Shown: piece by piece, positions 20,422 to 32,200 of the stretch | Layout of the letters: each line of letters opens with the position of its first letter | How positions within the stretch are numbered: position 1 is the stretch's first letter | Assembly (NCBI GenBank): GCA_030141605.1 | Contig: JAQGDQ010000216.1 | Coordinates: 310,046-374,045 of the forward strand | Reading direction: 5' to 3' | DNA from: Tubiluchus corallicola | Lineage: Eukaryota; Animalia; Priapulida | DNA length: 64,000 bases | Position numbers and translations under genes: made by a program | The notes under the pieces: generated by a model | What the model was told of the DNA's origin: nothing | The model's input: the letters and a program-made list of their open reading frames with translations, nothing else | Database searches by the model: none

Positions 20422-22278
20422 TTATTCTATAATTAAATTTCTGTTTTTAGGATATTTAACTGAGTATCTTAAATCAAATTCTTTTTTGTCATTTGGATTG
20501 AGATTAAACTCCCATTTTATTTTACCTGTTTCGGGGTCATGTTTTGCGTTAGATAAGTTTTGGATCTTTACTTCTATTTCCTTTGTTGTTGAAACAGGAA
20601 CCTGGTCAAGGATAATCATATCAATTTTTTGGCTTTTGCTATTCCTTACTGTTATTTTCCATGCCATGCTATCTTCTTTTTTACTGCCAATAGATTGTTT
20701 ATTTGTAAACTCTTTGATTTTTTCTCTATTTACAGATACTTTTTTATCTCGTCCTAACGATATTCCCAGAGTATCTGAAGCATATCTTACATCCAACAGG
20801 GCCTTGCCGATATAGGTGTCTTCAAAAAATAGGTTGGCTTCTCCTTCAAGAAGGCTGTATTGTTCCCAGTCTGTGATATTTGCTATTAGGAAGGCATTTT
20901 TGTCAATTTTTGGTACACAATAGTATTGGTAGAATGCAGGGAGGTTATAGAACTCCATGTCTACTGTGTAGTTTTTATTATCTGATGCAATGGTGTATGG
21001 GGTTTTGATTTCAAAGTCAACTGTTGTCTGTTTTTCAACCTGGGCTGTAGGTATTGCTGAGCTGCTCACACTTTGTAGTTTTGTTTCCGATTCAGCTGAA
21101 CTGTCAACAGCGTGCAGTGGCTCCATGTATTCCTTTTTCATTTTCAAGGTTGCAGTATGCCTGTTTCTACCATCAAGTGCGACATTCATTACTGCACCGG
21201 AAATCGGTAGGGTTTGAGGGTTAAACCCAATGCATGAATAGGTGAGTTGGATTGTGTGATTGGGAATTGTTATGGTGTAGTCTCCACCCTGGTCTGTTGT
21301 GGTACCTATTGTTGTGCCATGTACAACAACAGTTGCACCCGGTAATGGTTCTCCATAATTATCAGTTACTTTTCCACTTACATTATTAGCACCCGGTTTG
21401 TAGGTTGGCGGTAATGTGTTATAACCCAGGAAGTGGGTTTTTAGTTCGGGAGCAACTCCTGATACATTTGGGTTAGCGGACGAAAGTTTAAGTTTTACAT
21501 TTTTCCAGTCAACTTTTGTGTTTTGCTTGACATTAGCTTTGTATATTAACTGAATCGGTTCGCTTATGTTTTTTGCTCGAATGTCGTATGAGGGAAACCA
21601 TCCGGCATTATCGACGATATATGAGATTTCAAATGAAAATATACCGGTTTTTTTAGTATCTACTTTAACCAGTATTTCTCCGGCAGGAATTTTTTTTTGG
21701 ACAGTCAGAGCCCTGATTTGGTTTTGCAGGTCTGTTCTCTGATTATTAAGCTCTTTTATTGTTTTGTTATGTTCAATTTCCGATAGTTTCAGAGATGTTA
21801 GTTTTTCATTATAAAATTTTGATGTTTGCTGAAGGTTTGTAACACTGATTTGTTCATTTTTACCGCCAATGTTCCTGTTCTCGTGTAGGAAAGCCAATTC
21901 TTCCTTAATAACCGATAGGTGTGTGTATTCGATTTTCACCTTATTTTCAATCTCTTCAAGCCTGTTCTCCATATCCAGCAATTCTTTGGGTTTTTGGAGC
22001 TTGTCTAGGTAGTTTTGCTGGTGGTTTACTGATAAGATAGTTATTCCCCCTTCAGCTTTTACCTGAACGCTTTTGTGGTCAATGAAGGGGGAGAGGTTTA
22101 TATATTTAAGTGTTGTGGTTCCTTTTGCCAGGTTAACATGTTTTTTCCTTACAATTTGAGCTCCTTCAATGAATATTGTTACATTGTCTATCCTAGTTTC
22201 GACTTCTTTTTCTGTTATTTCCTGTGAAAGCAGCTTGGTGAAAGCTAGGCAAAGGGCTAAAATACTTATTGTTTTCAT
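20422..22278 (-). CDS. DUF4140/DUF4139 protein with an internal carboxypeptidase-regulatory-like domain
   Basis: Signal peptide, VTIFIEGAQI, AGWFPSYDIRA, GEPLPGATV..GTTIGTTTD, LLEGEANLFFE, ISLGRD. Confidence 0.85.
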   Translation of the reverse strand: MKTISILALCLAFTKLLSQEITEKEVETRIDNVTIFIEGAQIVRKKHVNLAKGTTTLKYINLSPFIDHKSVQVKAEGGITILSVNHQQNYLDKLQKPKELLDMENRLEEIENKVKIEYTHLSVIKEELAFLHENRNIGGKNEQISVTNLQQTSKFYNEKLTSLKLSEIEHNKTIKELNNQRTDLQNQIRALTVQKKIPAGEILVKVDTKKTGIFSFEISYIVDNAGWFPSYDIRAKNISEPIQLIYKANVKQNTKVDWKNVKLKLSSANPNVSGVAPELKTHFLGYNTLPPTYKPGANNVSGKVTDNYGEPLPGATVVVHGTTIGTTTDQGGDYTITIPNHTIQLTYSCIGFNPQTLPISGAVMNVALDGRNRHTATLKMKKEYMEPLHAVDSSAESETKLQSVSSSAIPTAQVEKQTTVDFEIKTPYTIASDNKNYTVDMEFYNLPAFYQYYCVPKIDKNAFLIANITDWEQYSLLEGEANLFFEDTYIGKALLDVRYASDTLGISLGRDKKVSVNREKIKEFTNKQSIGSKKEDSMAWKITVRNSKSQKIDMIILDQVPVSTTKEIEVKIQNLSNAKHDPETGKIKWEFNLNPNDKKEFDLRYSVKYPKNRNLIIE

Positions 22279-23190
22279 CTATTTATTGTGACCAGTTTTA
22301 ACTGTTGTACGCAAAAGAAAGTAGTAACTTCAAAAGTAGTAACTTATTTTTAATTGAATACTATTATTTAAATATGCATAAGCTTCGTTGATGTTTATGT
22401 TGTGCATATTTTATTAGTTCTTATTTTAGAATATCAATTTTCAGGTTGTTTTTCAATGTATGGGTGTTTTTGCAGAATTCACCTTTTTTATTAGCATATT
22501 TTGTGAGAGTCTTTTTCAGTGTTTCCGGTTATACCAGCGGACTGAAAGTTTTCAATATTTTTTGATTTGTATTGCTTTGTGAGGCTGTTTTAAGGTGTTT
22601 GTTTCAAGCAGAGGGGGCATAATTATAATACGAATGGTGCAAAAAAGTTAATTTACGCTAAATAATACGAATGGTTTTAAGTTATGAAAAGCGATTGTCT
22701 AAGGCTTTCGTTAATGCATAGTAAAGGGTTGAAAATACCTTTAAGTAGTCCATAAGTACAATGAGATAAATAAATATCGATTTAAGCCATCCCCTAAAGG
22801 TGGTTTTTTTATGCTTAAGACTGGGTTGAAGACACCCCTGCTATTTAATCTTATGGAGTAGCAAAAAGGTGATTTGGGTACAGGGTTGGGCATAGTTTTA
22901 ATATCATTTTTGAGATTGTTGACACCCTCACTTTGCAGTTTTTTTGCTTACTATGCTCGGACGGGTGCTTTACGGTAAAGTAAAGGTATGGCAAAGCAAA
23001 AAACATGCAAAATAAATATTATTGCATAAATCCACTTTGTGTGTATGCTTTGTAGCCTATATAAAACGGAAGTGCAGGGTTTGATAACTGCACCTAGTTT
23101 AGTAGAGCATCTTTTGCTATAATACGGGTAGTGATTGGAGCAACAATATTTTCAAAGCCCCAGGTAGCTGTAATTTAATAATAAAAACAG

Positions 23191-23568
23191 ATGAGCATTT
23201 TAAAGCTAACAATAGACTGTACTACTACACTATCCAGTGGAAGGTATACCGCTATAGGGGAGGCAGGTTGCTGGCACAAGTAACATGGTTTTCGCAAAGT
23301 GAGCTATCATTTAGATAGTTTATGCCGATGGTACAATAAGAAGAGGCAGAAAAGAACATGAGCAAGGAGCAGACTGCAAATGATACAACAAAGATTCTTT
23401 AGGCGTAGCCTTTGTAGGTATTGATAGCTTTTCACTCCCGCAGCTTACCAACTTATTCAGGCTATTCACAGAGCTTTTAAAAAAAGTATAAGCGAGCCAC
23501 TGTATATTGAGGAGTATAACGGGTTTAGCAGTAAACAGGGTATGCTCGGTTCCTCAAAAAACTATTAA
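23191..23568 (+). pseudogene. Decayed T7-lysozyme-type N-acetylmuramoyl-L-alanine amidase
   Basis: Across stops and frameshifts reads LTIDCTTT..GR....WHK*HGFRKVSYH / VYADGTIRRGR....GADCK*YNKDSLGVAFVG..FSLPQL, matching the Amidase_2 pattern IHCSAT..WH..GF..GYH..DG...GR....GAHC.GYN..SIG...VG. Confidence 0.7.
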
Positions 23569-23762
23569 AGCAATAGTAAAATGGAAAAAAACGTGCAAGG
23601 TTGCTTCTTTTTTTCAATGCCCTAAAAATGGAAGTACCCATTTTTAAACTATTCATAGGTTTTAGTTGCGGCTTAGCTGTGTGTGTACTGTTTGTTCTAA
23701 AGCAGGTGCTATAAAAGTATGGAAGGAGAAGAGGGTTTATGGTTGCATAGATTTTTTCCTCA

Positions 23763-23793
23763 TTTGGCAGAAAGCTAAAAAAGATTACATTTG
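23763..23793 (+). promoter_or_regulatory. Bacteroidota housekeeping promoter (-33 TTTG, 19 bp, -7 TACATTTG)
   Basis: TTTG 23763-23766 and TACATTTG 23786-23793, 38 bp before the GTG start. Confidence 0.7.
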
Positions 23794-23831
23794 CACTGTT
23801 CTGGACAAAATTTATAGAAAAAAAAATAATC

Positions 23832-25073
23832 GTGGATATTTTTAGTAAGATTAAATCTAAGGGCGATCTTGGAAAATACCAGAAAGATGCACACGGGTAC
23901 TTTGCATTTCCTAAGCTGGGGGGAGAGATTCATCCTCGTATGAAGTTTAGAGGTAAAGAGGTACTTACGTGGAGTTTGAATAATTATCTTGGGCTGGCTA
24001 ATCATCCGAAGGTGCGTAATACTGATAGTGAGGCTACTGCTAAGTACGGCATGGCATATCCTATGGGTGCCAGGATGATGTCTGGGCATACTAGTAAGCA
24101 TGAGGAGCTTGAGCAGCAGTTGTCGGAGTTTGTAGGTAAGCCCGATACTTTCCTGCTAAATTATGGTTATCAGGGTATGGTGTCTATTATAGATGCTTTG
24201 TGTGGAAGGCATGATGTTATCGTTTATGATGCTGAGTCTCATGCTTGTATTGTTGACGGGGTACGCCTGCACATGGGTAAGCGTTTTGTTTTTCTCCACA
24301 ATGATATGGATAGCCTTAGTAAGCAACTGGGTCATGCAGCAAGGGTGGTGGAGAAGACAGGAGGGGGTATTTTGGTTATCACAGAGGGTGTTTTTGGTAT
24401 GGCCGGTGATCTTGGCAAGTTGGATGAGATTATCTCCATGAAGAAGAAGTACAATTTCAGGCTACTGGTAGATGATGCTCACGGTTTTGGAACAATGGGC
24501 AAGCTGGGTGCGGGAACAGGTTTACACTTTGGAGTACAGGACGATATAGATCTTTATTTTGGGACATTTGCTAAGGCGATGGCAGGTATCGGGGGTTTTG
24601 TGTCATGTGACGAGGAGGTTTGCAACTTTTTGCGTTATAATATGCGCTCTCAGACTTTTGCCAAATCGTTACCGATGCCGATGGTAATAGGTGCTCTAAA
24701 AAGACTTGAGTTGATACGTTCAAATCCCGAGTTTGTAGAGCGGCTGTGGGTAATAGTGTGTGCTCTTCAGAAGGGGCTGAGAGAGAATGGGTTTAATCTT
24801 GGAAATACCAGTTCTCCCGTAACTCCTATATATCTTTCTGGGAGTGTTCCTGAGGGCACTAATGTGGTAATGGATCTTCGTGAAAATTACAATATTTTTT
24901 GCTCAATAGTTATATATCCCGTTATTCCTAAGGGGCAGCTGTTATTGAGACTTATTCCGACAGCCATGCACTCGCTTGAGGATGTAGAGTATACTATTAA
25001 GGTGTTTTCAGAGGTGAGGAGAAAGCTTAAGGAGGGAAAGTATTCAACAGAGCAGATGGCGCAGATGCTTTAG
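23832..25073 (+). CDS. PLP-dependent alpha-oxoamine synthase (AONS/KBL/SPT family)
   Basis: NNYLGLA, DAESHACIVDG, TEGVFGMAGD, VDDAHGFG, GTFAK; substrate cannot be assigned by eye. Confidence 0.9.
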   Translation: MDIFSKIKSKGDLGKYQKDAHGYFAFPKLGGEIHPRMKFRGKEVLTWSLNNYLGLANHPKVRNTDSEATAKYGMAYPMGARMMSGHTSKHEELEQQLSEFVGKPDTFLLNYGYQGMVSIIDALCGRHDVIVYDAESHACIVDGVRLHMGKRFVFLHNDMDSLSKQLGHAARVVEKTGGGILVITEGVFGMAGDLGKLDEIISMKKKYNFRLLVDDAHGFGTMGKLGAGTGLHFGVQDDIDLYFGTFAKAMAGIGGFVSCDEEVCNFLRYNMRSQTFAKSLPMPMVIGALKRLELIRSNPEFVERLWVIVCALQKGLRENGFNLGNTSSPVTPIYLSGSVPEGTNVVMDLRENYNIFCSIVIYPVIPKGQLLLRLIPTAMHSLEDVEYTIKVFSEVRRKLKEGKYSTEQMAQML

Positions 25074-25162
25074 GGAGTGAATGGTATTGATGAGTATAGT
25101 ATTATAGGCTGACGGCTTTGCTATCTATCAAAGCCCTTTAAGAGCAGTTTTTTCTGTTTTGC

Positions 25163-25425
25163 AGAGTTTATAAGATTCATCTGATTTTGTTTTGACGATT
25201 TTCCTATCATAATCTGTAAAGTTTTGCATGTAAGTTATAGTAAGTTCTTGCATTTTAGGTCACTATAATTTGTTGAGGTTTTAAATTCTATATTGATAAT
25301 ATTGAGCAGGTTGGGATTAATTTCAGGAGCGGATAAATAATAAAGTGAGGTCTTTGCGAAGGTCTCAAAGCATAAAGAGGTTGCAAGTTTGATGGCTGCA
25401 ACCTCTTTTATTATTTTATCTGTTT
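25163..25425 (+). repeat. 263-bp direct repeat, left copy (IS1634 target duplication)
   Basis: Appears identical to 27073-27335 and abuts the IS inverted repeat. Confidence 0.95.
25374..25410. terminator. Probable bidirectional intrinsic terminator (duplicated at ~27284-27320)
   Basis: Stem aaagaggttgca / tgcaacctcttt with A/T tails, between convergent genes. Confidence 0.65.
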
Positions 25426-27072
25426 CCTGTTTTGTGCACCACAACGACGCCCCAAGAATGCACTATTGATTATCAGCAAGATAGGAATTTCAAATTTGCA
25501 TTTTGGGTGCTGCATGCTTAATTTTATGCATGTTTGTCCGAAAAAATAAGAATCGGGAGTGGTTCTGTGAGTGTACAGATAATCTCAAAAAATCATGGTA
25601 AATATAAGGTTGTAAAAACCGTAGGTTGCGCAAAAACAAAGCGGGAAGAAGAATTGCTTTTATTGCTTGCCAACACAGAGATAGAGCGGCTTAGGGGCAT
25701 GCAATCGCTTTTTGTTGAACACGATGATTTGGTGGTTGAAAACTTTGTGGGCAGCATTGCAAACAATCATTTACAAGTTGTAGGAAGTGAATTAATTTTA
25801 GGCAAAATTTATCAAGTCTTTAACTTTCCGGATGATGGGTGCTGCAATTATTTTCGCAACCTGGTATTATGTCGGTTAGTGTACCCGGGAAGCAAATTAA
25901 AAACCGTTGACTATTTTAGACAGCACCTGAATACAGATGTTAGCGTACACACTATTTATCGTTTCCTTGACGAGCTAAATACAAGTTTAAAGCCACAAAT
26001 TGAACAACTTACCTTTAAGCACACCAGGAAGCTACTAAAAGGAAAGATAAGTGTCGCATTTTATGATATGACCACATTGTATTTTGAGGCATCAGAAGAA
26101 GATGACTACCGTATTCCCGGATTCAACAAAGATGGCAAGCATCAACAACCGCAAATAATGATAGGTTTACTGGTGGGTAAATATGGATACCCGATTGGCT
26201 ATCAAATATTCGAGGGAAACACCTCTGAAACAAAAACACTAATCCCTGTTCTGGAAGCCTTTCAAAATAAATTTAATATCGAAAGGCCTATTGTAGTTGC
26301 CGATGCAGCTTTACTCTCGCAGAAGAACATAAATGCCTTGATTGAAAACAAATACGAGTACATACTTGGAGGACGGATAAAGAATGAAAGTCAAAAAATA
26401 AAAGAAAAAATTATAACTCTTGATATTAAAGAAAACAAGCCAGTTGAGTTGAAAAACAAGAATGGAAGGTTGATTATCAGCTTCTCAGAAAAAAGAGCCT
26501 TCAACGATAAAAAAACAGAGAGAAGGGCTTAAAAAGACTTGAAAAACGTGTTGCTTCCGGCAAGCTAACAAAGAATCGCATAAATAATCGCGGGTATAAT
26601 AAATATCTGAATCTGTCGGGGGAGATTGCCGTTAAAATCGACTACGATAAGTTCCAGTCAGATAGAGTTTGGGATGGGTTGAAGGGTTATGTAACCAATA
26701 CCCATTTACCGAGAAAAGATGTTATCGGGAATTATAGTCAGTTGTGGCAAGTGGAAAAAGCTTTTCGTATATCAAAAACTGATTTACGAATACGGCCAGT
26801 TTATCACCGCTTAAAAGAACGCATTGAAGCCCATATCTGTATTTGTTTCACAGCCTATGCCATTTACAAAGAGCTGGAAAGGTTATTGAAGGCAAATAAT
26901 ATTGATATCTCTGCTGAAAAAGCCTTGGAACAAATCCGGCAGATCAGGCAGCTGCAATACACTCTGCCCAAATCGAAACAAGTCAGAACAAAAATATTAC
27001 AGCCAACTGAAATGCAAAAAAAGTTGTTAAATATGAAATTATAAACTTGGGTGCTGCAATGCACAAAACAGG
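25426..27072 (+). mobile_element. IS1634-family element (1647 bp)
   Basis: Perfect 13-bp terminal IR cctgttttgtgca / tgcacaaaacagg; long flanking direct repeats. Confidence 0.93.
25530..27044 (+). pseudogene. IS1634-family transposase with two frameshifts
   Basis: MFVRKNKNR then +1 shift at ~25557; FYDMTTLYFE, VVADAALLS; shift in the A-run at ~26510; YSQLWQVEKAFRISKTDLRIRPVYH, RIEAHICICF. Confidence 0.9.
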
Positions 27073-27335
27073 AGAGTTTATAAGATTCATCTGATTTTGT
27101 TTTGACGATTTTCCTATCATAATCTGTAAAGTTTTGCATGTAAGTTATAGTAAGTTCTTGCATTTTAGGTCACTATAATTTGTTGAGGTTTTAAATTCTA
27201 TATTGATAATATTGAGCAGGTTGGGATTAATTTCAGGAGCGGATAAATAATAAAGTGAGGTCTTTGCGAAGGTCTCAAAGCATAAAGAGGTTGCAAGTTT
27301 GATGGCTGCAACCTCTTTTATTATTTTATCTGTTT
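27073..27335 (+). repeat. 263-bp direct repeat, right copy
   Basis: Appears identical to 25163-25425. Confidence 0.95.
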
Positions 27336-27490
27336 AACCAGAGTTTGAAGATTTCCTGTTTTGATATTTTCGAAGTTCATATTTTTATTAATATTCTCTT
27401 CAAAATCTTCATTTACAACAGTAAGTTGTGGGTTTTCATTGGATTTTTCCTCATTCTGAGCTAAGTTTTTTATTTTTTTAAGATCTCATT

Positions 27491-29197
27491 TTAGTAATAG
27501 CCTTCATTCTGTTTTAAGACAGGGTTGTTATTAGCTATAGACAGGTCGATCTGAGTTTGCGGGATAGGCCAGATTTCGTGTTGTCCTTTGGAAAATGTTT
27601 TGCCGGAAAGGTGTACCATAACTGTTCCTTCTACACTGAGGTAGTCATTCATAGTATCTCCTGCTATTCCCCAGCGTACGAGATCAAAGAAACGCATTCC
27701 CTCCATGGCAAATTCCAGGCGGGTTTCGTGGCGAATAGCTTTCAGTGCATACTCTTTGGAAGGGAAGTCTTCCGTATACGGTTCAACTTTATAGTTTGCG
27801 GCCGGAGCTCCATCGTCAAATCTTACTACGTTTGAGGATTTTGCTCTGTTGCGTATTTCATTTACCAAAGAGGTTGCGCGAGTCAAAGATCCTATTTCTG
27901 CTTCACATTCAGCCAGCCACAAAATTACATGTCCCAGTCTGAATTTACGAAAGTTGTTACTGTTAACGCCTGTTGTCCATCCTGTAGATGTTTGAGCTGT
28001 AGCTTTTTCTGCCTCTTTAAACATGTTTTTTTTGTATAAGTACGGGCCTCCGTTGGATGGTTCGCGTATCCATGAGTTTCCTTCCATTATTCCCCAGTCT
28101 AGGTAGGGAATTCCTGGGCGTCCGACAGTGTGGTCGAGCCGGGGATCAATGGTTCCTTTATACTGTTTGTCAGGCTCGGGATCGAATGGCAGCATGTCGT
28201 CTGCTGAGTAGGTGTCGTTAAGCAGAGGCAGCCCCGTATTATCGTCAACCCTATAGGCGCTTACGAGGCTATGTGTGGGTTGAAAGAAGCCACAGCAGGT
28301 TCCTGTTGGAGCTCCCCCGAAAGGGTAGTTAAGGGCATCACCCCAGCCTCCGTTATACGAGCCGTTGGAGCCATCGTTTACAGCATACTGTATCTCGAAT
28401 ATTGATTCTTTGTTATTGTTGTGGTTGATTTCATAATTCATCTCATAACTTTCAACTAGCTGAAATACCCCACTGGAGTAGACATCGTCCAGCACCGGTT
28501 TTGCCATATTAAATTTTCCTTGAAACATGTAGACGCGGGCCAGATAGGTTTTTGCTGCCCATTGTGTTGCACGCCCTTTATCACTTCCCCAGTTATCTGG
28601 CAGGTTGTCTACTGCAAACTCCAGGTCACTCTCTATTTCACTCCATACGAGCCTGTCATTTGGTACAGTATGTGGCTCTTCTGTGTTTTCGTCAATGTAT
28701 GGTACCTTCCCATGTACCAGTGTAAGTTCGACATAGAAATGTGCTCTGAGAAATTTTGCCTGGGCTTCAGCCTGAGCTTTTTCTTTTTCACTCATATCAT
28801 CCGCCTTAACAGTAGCCAGCAAAACATCATTAGCACGGCGAATACCATCATAAAGCGGCTCCCAGTGGTTTTTTACATACGTATTTTCAGCGTCAACATA
28901 AAATCCCTCAATAGGGTTAATACTGGGCTGGTCACCAGATGATGAACCCTTGTATGCATCATCTGAGGCAACACTGCCCCAAACCCAGTTAGAAACGGCG
29001 CTTGCCCAGTTGTCTGCACTTGGGCGATTTGTTCCGTCAACAACAGCATAGGTGCCGGTTAATAGGGCATTTACACCTTCTTTATTATAAAGTAGTTCAA
29101 CATGAGCCTGCCCTTTGGGTTTAATCTCAAACCAGGAGTCAGAGCAGGAGTATAAAACAATTGTTACTAGTGCTATAATAATATATGTCTTTTTCAT
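27491..29197 (-). CDS. RagB/SusD-family outer-membrane lipoprotein
   Basis: Lipobox LYSC, AKFLRAHFY, ESIFEIQY, DPRL, E.RLEFAMEG.RFFDLVRWG, PIPQTQI. Confidence 0.95.
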   Translation of the reverse strand: MKKTYIIIALVTIVLYSCSDSWFEIKPKGQAHVELLYNKEGVNALLTGTYAVVDGTNRPSADNWASAVSNWVWGSVASDDAYKGSSSGDQPSINPIEGFYVDAENTYVKNHWEPLYDGIRRANDVLLATVKADDMSEKEKAQAEAQAKFLRAHFYVELTLVHGKVPYIDENTEEPHTVPNDRLVWSEIESDLEFAVDNLPDNWGSDKGRATQWAAKTYLARVYMFQGKFNMAKPVLDDVYSSGVFQLVESYEMNYEINHNNNKESIFEIQYAVNDGSNGSYNGGWGDALNYPFGGAPTGTCCGFFQPTHSLVSAYRVDDNTGLPLLNDTYSADDMLPFDPEPDKQYKGTIDPRLDHTVGRPGIPYLDWGIMEGNSWIREPSNGGPYLYKKNMFKEAEKATAQTSTGWTTGVNSNNFRKFRLGHVILWLAECEAEIGSLTRATSLVNEIRNRAKSSNVVRFDDGAPAANYKVEPYTEDFPSKEYALKAIRHETRLEFAMEGMRFFDLVRWGIAGDTMNDYLSVEGTVMVHLSGKTFSKGQHEIWPIPQTQIDLSIANNNPVLKQNEGYY

Positions 29198-29235
29198 AAT
29201 TTATATGTGTTTTTAATTTATAAAAACTATCAGGG

Positions 29236-32200
29236 TTACAAGTTCAGGTTTATCCCAAAAAGAAACATTTGTGAGGTGGGGTAAACACCCTCATCCACGC
29301 CAATATGGCGATCTGCATTATCGCCATTGTTGATAATCTCAGGGTCGAGTCCACTGTATCCGGTAATTGTAAGCAGATTTGTTGCTTGTGCATAAAGCCT
29401 TAAACGCTCAATGCCCCATTTAGAGGTTACTTCTGCCGGGATGGTATAGCCAATTTGTAGGTCCTTTATGCGGAGGTAAGAGCCATCTTCAACAAAGAAA
29501 GTTGAGGTTCTTTGCATCACTTCGTCATCTTTAAGTGCGATAGGCATTGTAATTTTATCTCCGTTTTCATAACGTTCGGCTGTCCATGATTCATAGAGTC
29601 TTTGTGTGCTACGATTTCCCTGAAAGTTGCTAAATAGTATCCACCGGTTTACATAGTTTATCAGTTTATTGCCTTGTGACCCCTGAATAAACATTGTCAT
29701 ATCCCAGCTTTTATACTGTGAGCCAATGTTTAGCCCATAAGTAAAATCGGGGTGTGGGCTGCCTATAAAGGTGCGATCCTCCGATGTTATCTTGCCATCG
29801 CCGTTCACATCTTTATATTTGAATACTCCGGGGCGGCTATAGCTGTCAACTCCATCTTTATCAGGGTTATATGGGCTATGTGCAGCGATCTCTTCTGCTG
29901 TGTTGAAAATACCTTCAACCACATATCCATAGAAGGAAGATATGGGTCTACCACTTGTACTTGCGGTGTATATGTTTTGACGAAGCTCATCTCCCCAGAG
30001 AATTTCGTTCGAGTTATCATTAAGTTTTGTGATTTCGTTTTTGTAGTGGGAGATGCTGGCACGGATATCAAAATAGAAGTCATTACCTGCCTGTCCGTGA
30101 TAAGTGATCATCAGATCACACCCTCTGTTTTTCATCTCGCCAACATTTATGGCAGGAAGTACCAAATATCCATACACACTGGGAAGTTGTTGTTTGTAAA
30201 GCATATCTGTGGTCAGACGGTTATACCAGTCGAAATTGACCTGCAGTTTACTGTCAAATACCGTAATATCGAGGCCAACATTGGTGGTTGTGGTAGATTC
30301 CCATTTTCCATCCAGGTTACCCAGCTTATAGCGGTGGAATCCTGGCACCGTGGATGTGTTTGATCCTGACAGGCTGTAGTATGATTCGTTAATATGAGCC
30401 CGATAGGTGCTGTAGCTATTGTAGTTTCCACCAACGTTGTCATTACCATTTTGGCCCCAGCCTATTCTTAATTTAAGGTCGTTAAGCCAGCCATACTCTG
30501 TCAAAAAAGATTCTTCAGATATTCTCCACCCAGCAGAGAGTGCGGGGAATGTTCCCCATCGATGCGTTTTTGCAAATCTTGAAGAGCCATCACGACGTAA
30601 AACAGCTTCTAGAAGATACTTATCTCTAAAGCTGTAGTTTATTCTGCCAAAGTAGGAAAATGTAAACCATTCGTCAAAGGATCCTGTCGCGGTCTGATCG
30701 GATTCTCCCGAGTCTAAGACCATGTAGTCTGTATCTGTCATAAAGTATACACTCCGGCTTGCATTAAACCACTCCCAGTAGTCGCTAACGCATTCAGATC
30801 CCAGCAGCACCTTAATGTTATGTATATCATCAATAGTAGTGCTAAAATTAAGTGTGTTTGACCAGTTCCACTGGATTCCTCCTTCAAACTTCTGTGTTAG
30901 TTGGTCGTTAGGTTTTCCTTCTGAAAATTCCGGATCCATAATGCGCCGGTCCTGTTCGCGCGTGCTATTGTAATCGACACCAAACAGAGTTCGAAACGTA
31001 AGGTTTTTAGGTAGGTTTAGCTGTGCATATACATTTGCGAGTATACGCATTTCCCGAACATAATCATCCTTGTTGCGAGTGAGTACAGCTACGGGGTTTT
31101 GTGCGTTACCTGTTGTTGCAGCCTGTGTTCCGGCAAAGTTGCCTTTAATATCATAAACTGGAATGATAGGTTGCATTCTATAAGCCCAAGAGACAGAGTT
31201 TCCCTCATCATTATTACCAAATCCATTACGGTTGACATATGAAGCTCCGAGGCTTTCCCCTATTTCCAGCCAGTCTGTAACTTTAGCATCAGCGTTAGAG
31301 CGTAGGGAGAATCGCTCAAAACCGGTGTGCATAACTATTCCTTCCTGTTCCATATATCCGGCAGAAAAAGCGTAGTTGCTGTTTTCGCTTCCTCCCGACA
31401 GGCCTATGTTGTATTCCTGCACAGGGGCAAGGTTAAATATCTCATCGTACCAGTTAGTGCCTTGCTTGTTAGCACGAGTAATGCCATTGTAGGGACTTGG
31501 GTATGAATAGCTACTTTCATCCACTTCGCCTTCCATCTTGCCTGCAGGTATTATATAGTCGGGAATAATGGGTGTTTCTCCATACCCTAACTGTTCATTT
31601 CCCCAGCCATTATCTCCCGGATTTAATCCCGCATTGCGGTTTTCCATCCACAAAAGATCCGCATACTCTTGGGTATTCAACAGGTCCAGTTGATTGGTGG
31701 CGCGTTGTATCCCGAAACGCGCATCGAAACTAAGTCTTGTCTTTCCCGGTTTTCCACGCTTTGTAGTAATAATAATAACTCCATTAGCAGCACGAACACC
31801 GTATATAGCTGAGGAGGAAGCATCTTTAAGCACCGACATGGATTCAATATCGTTGGGATTGATTTTACTTAGTCCGTCAGTTGAAGGCACCCCGTCAATA
31901 ATGTATAGCGGATCGTTGTTGTTTACAGATCCAATGCCACGAACACGCACGGTAGCTTCTCCTCCGGGAGAGTTATCATTGGTTATTGTAACACCTGCAA
32001 CCCTTCCTTGTATACGTGAAGCTGCATTAGCTACAGGAATCGAGCGTAGCTCATCTTCTGAGACAGAGGTAACAGCACCTGTCAAGGTTTTCTTTTGCTG
32101 GGTACCGTAGCCAACAATAATAACTTCGTCAACATTAATAATGTCTGATTTCATGGTTACGTTAATATTGGTTCGGTCCCCAATTTCAGCATCTTGTGTT

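Noticed and set aside
23832-25073. Specific call as bioF or serine palmitoyltransferase
   Set aside because: Family motifs are shared by all alpha-oxoamine synthases and the neighbourhood gives no clue
26500-26520. Programmed frameshift in the IS1634 transposase
   Set aside because: IS1634 transposases are single ORFs and a second frameshift exists near the start; decay or sequencing error is more likely
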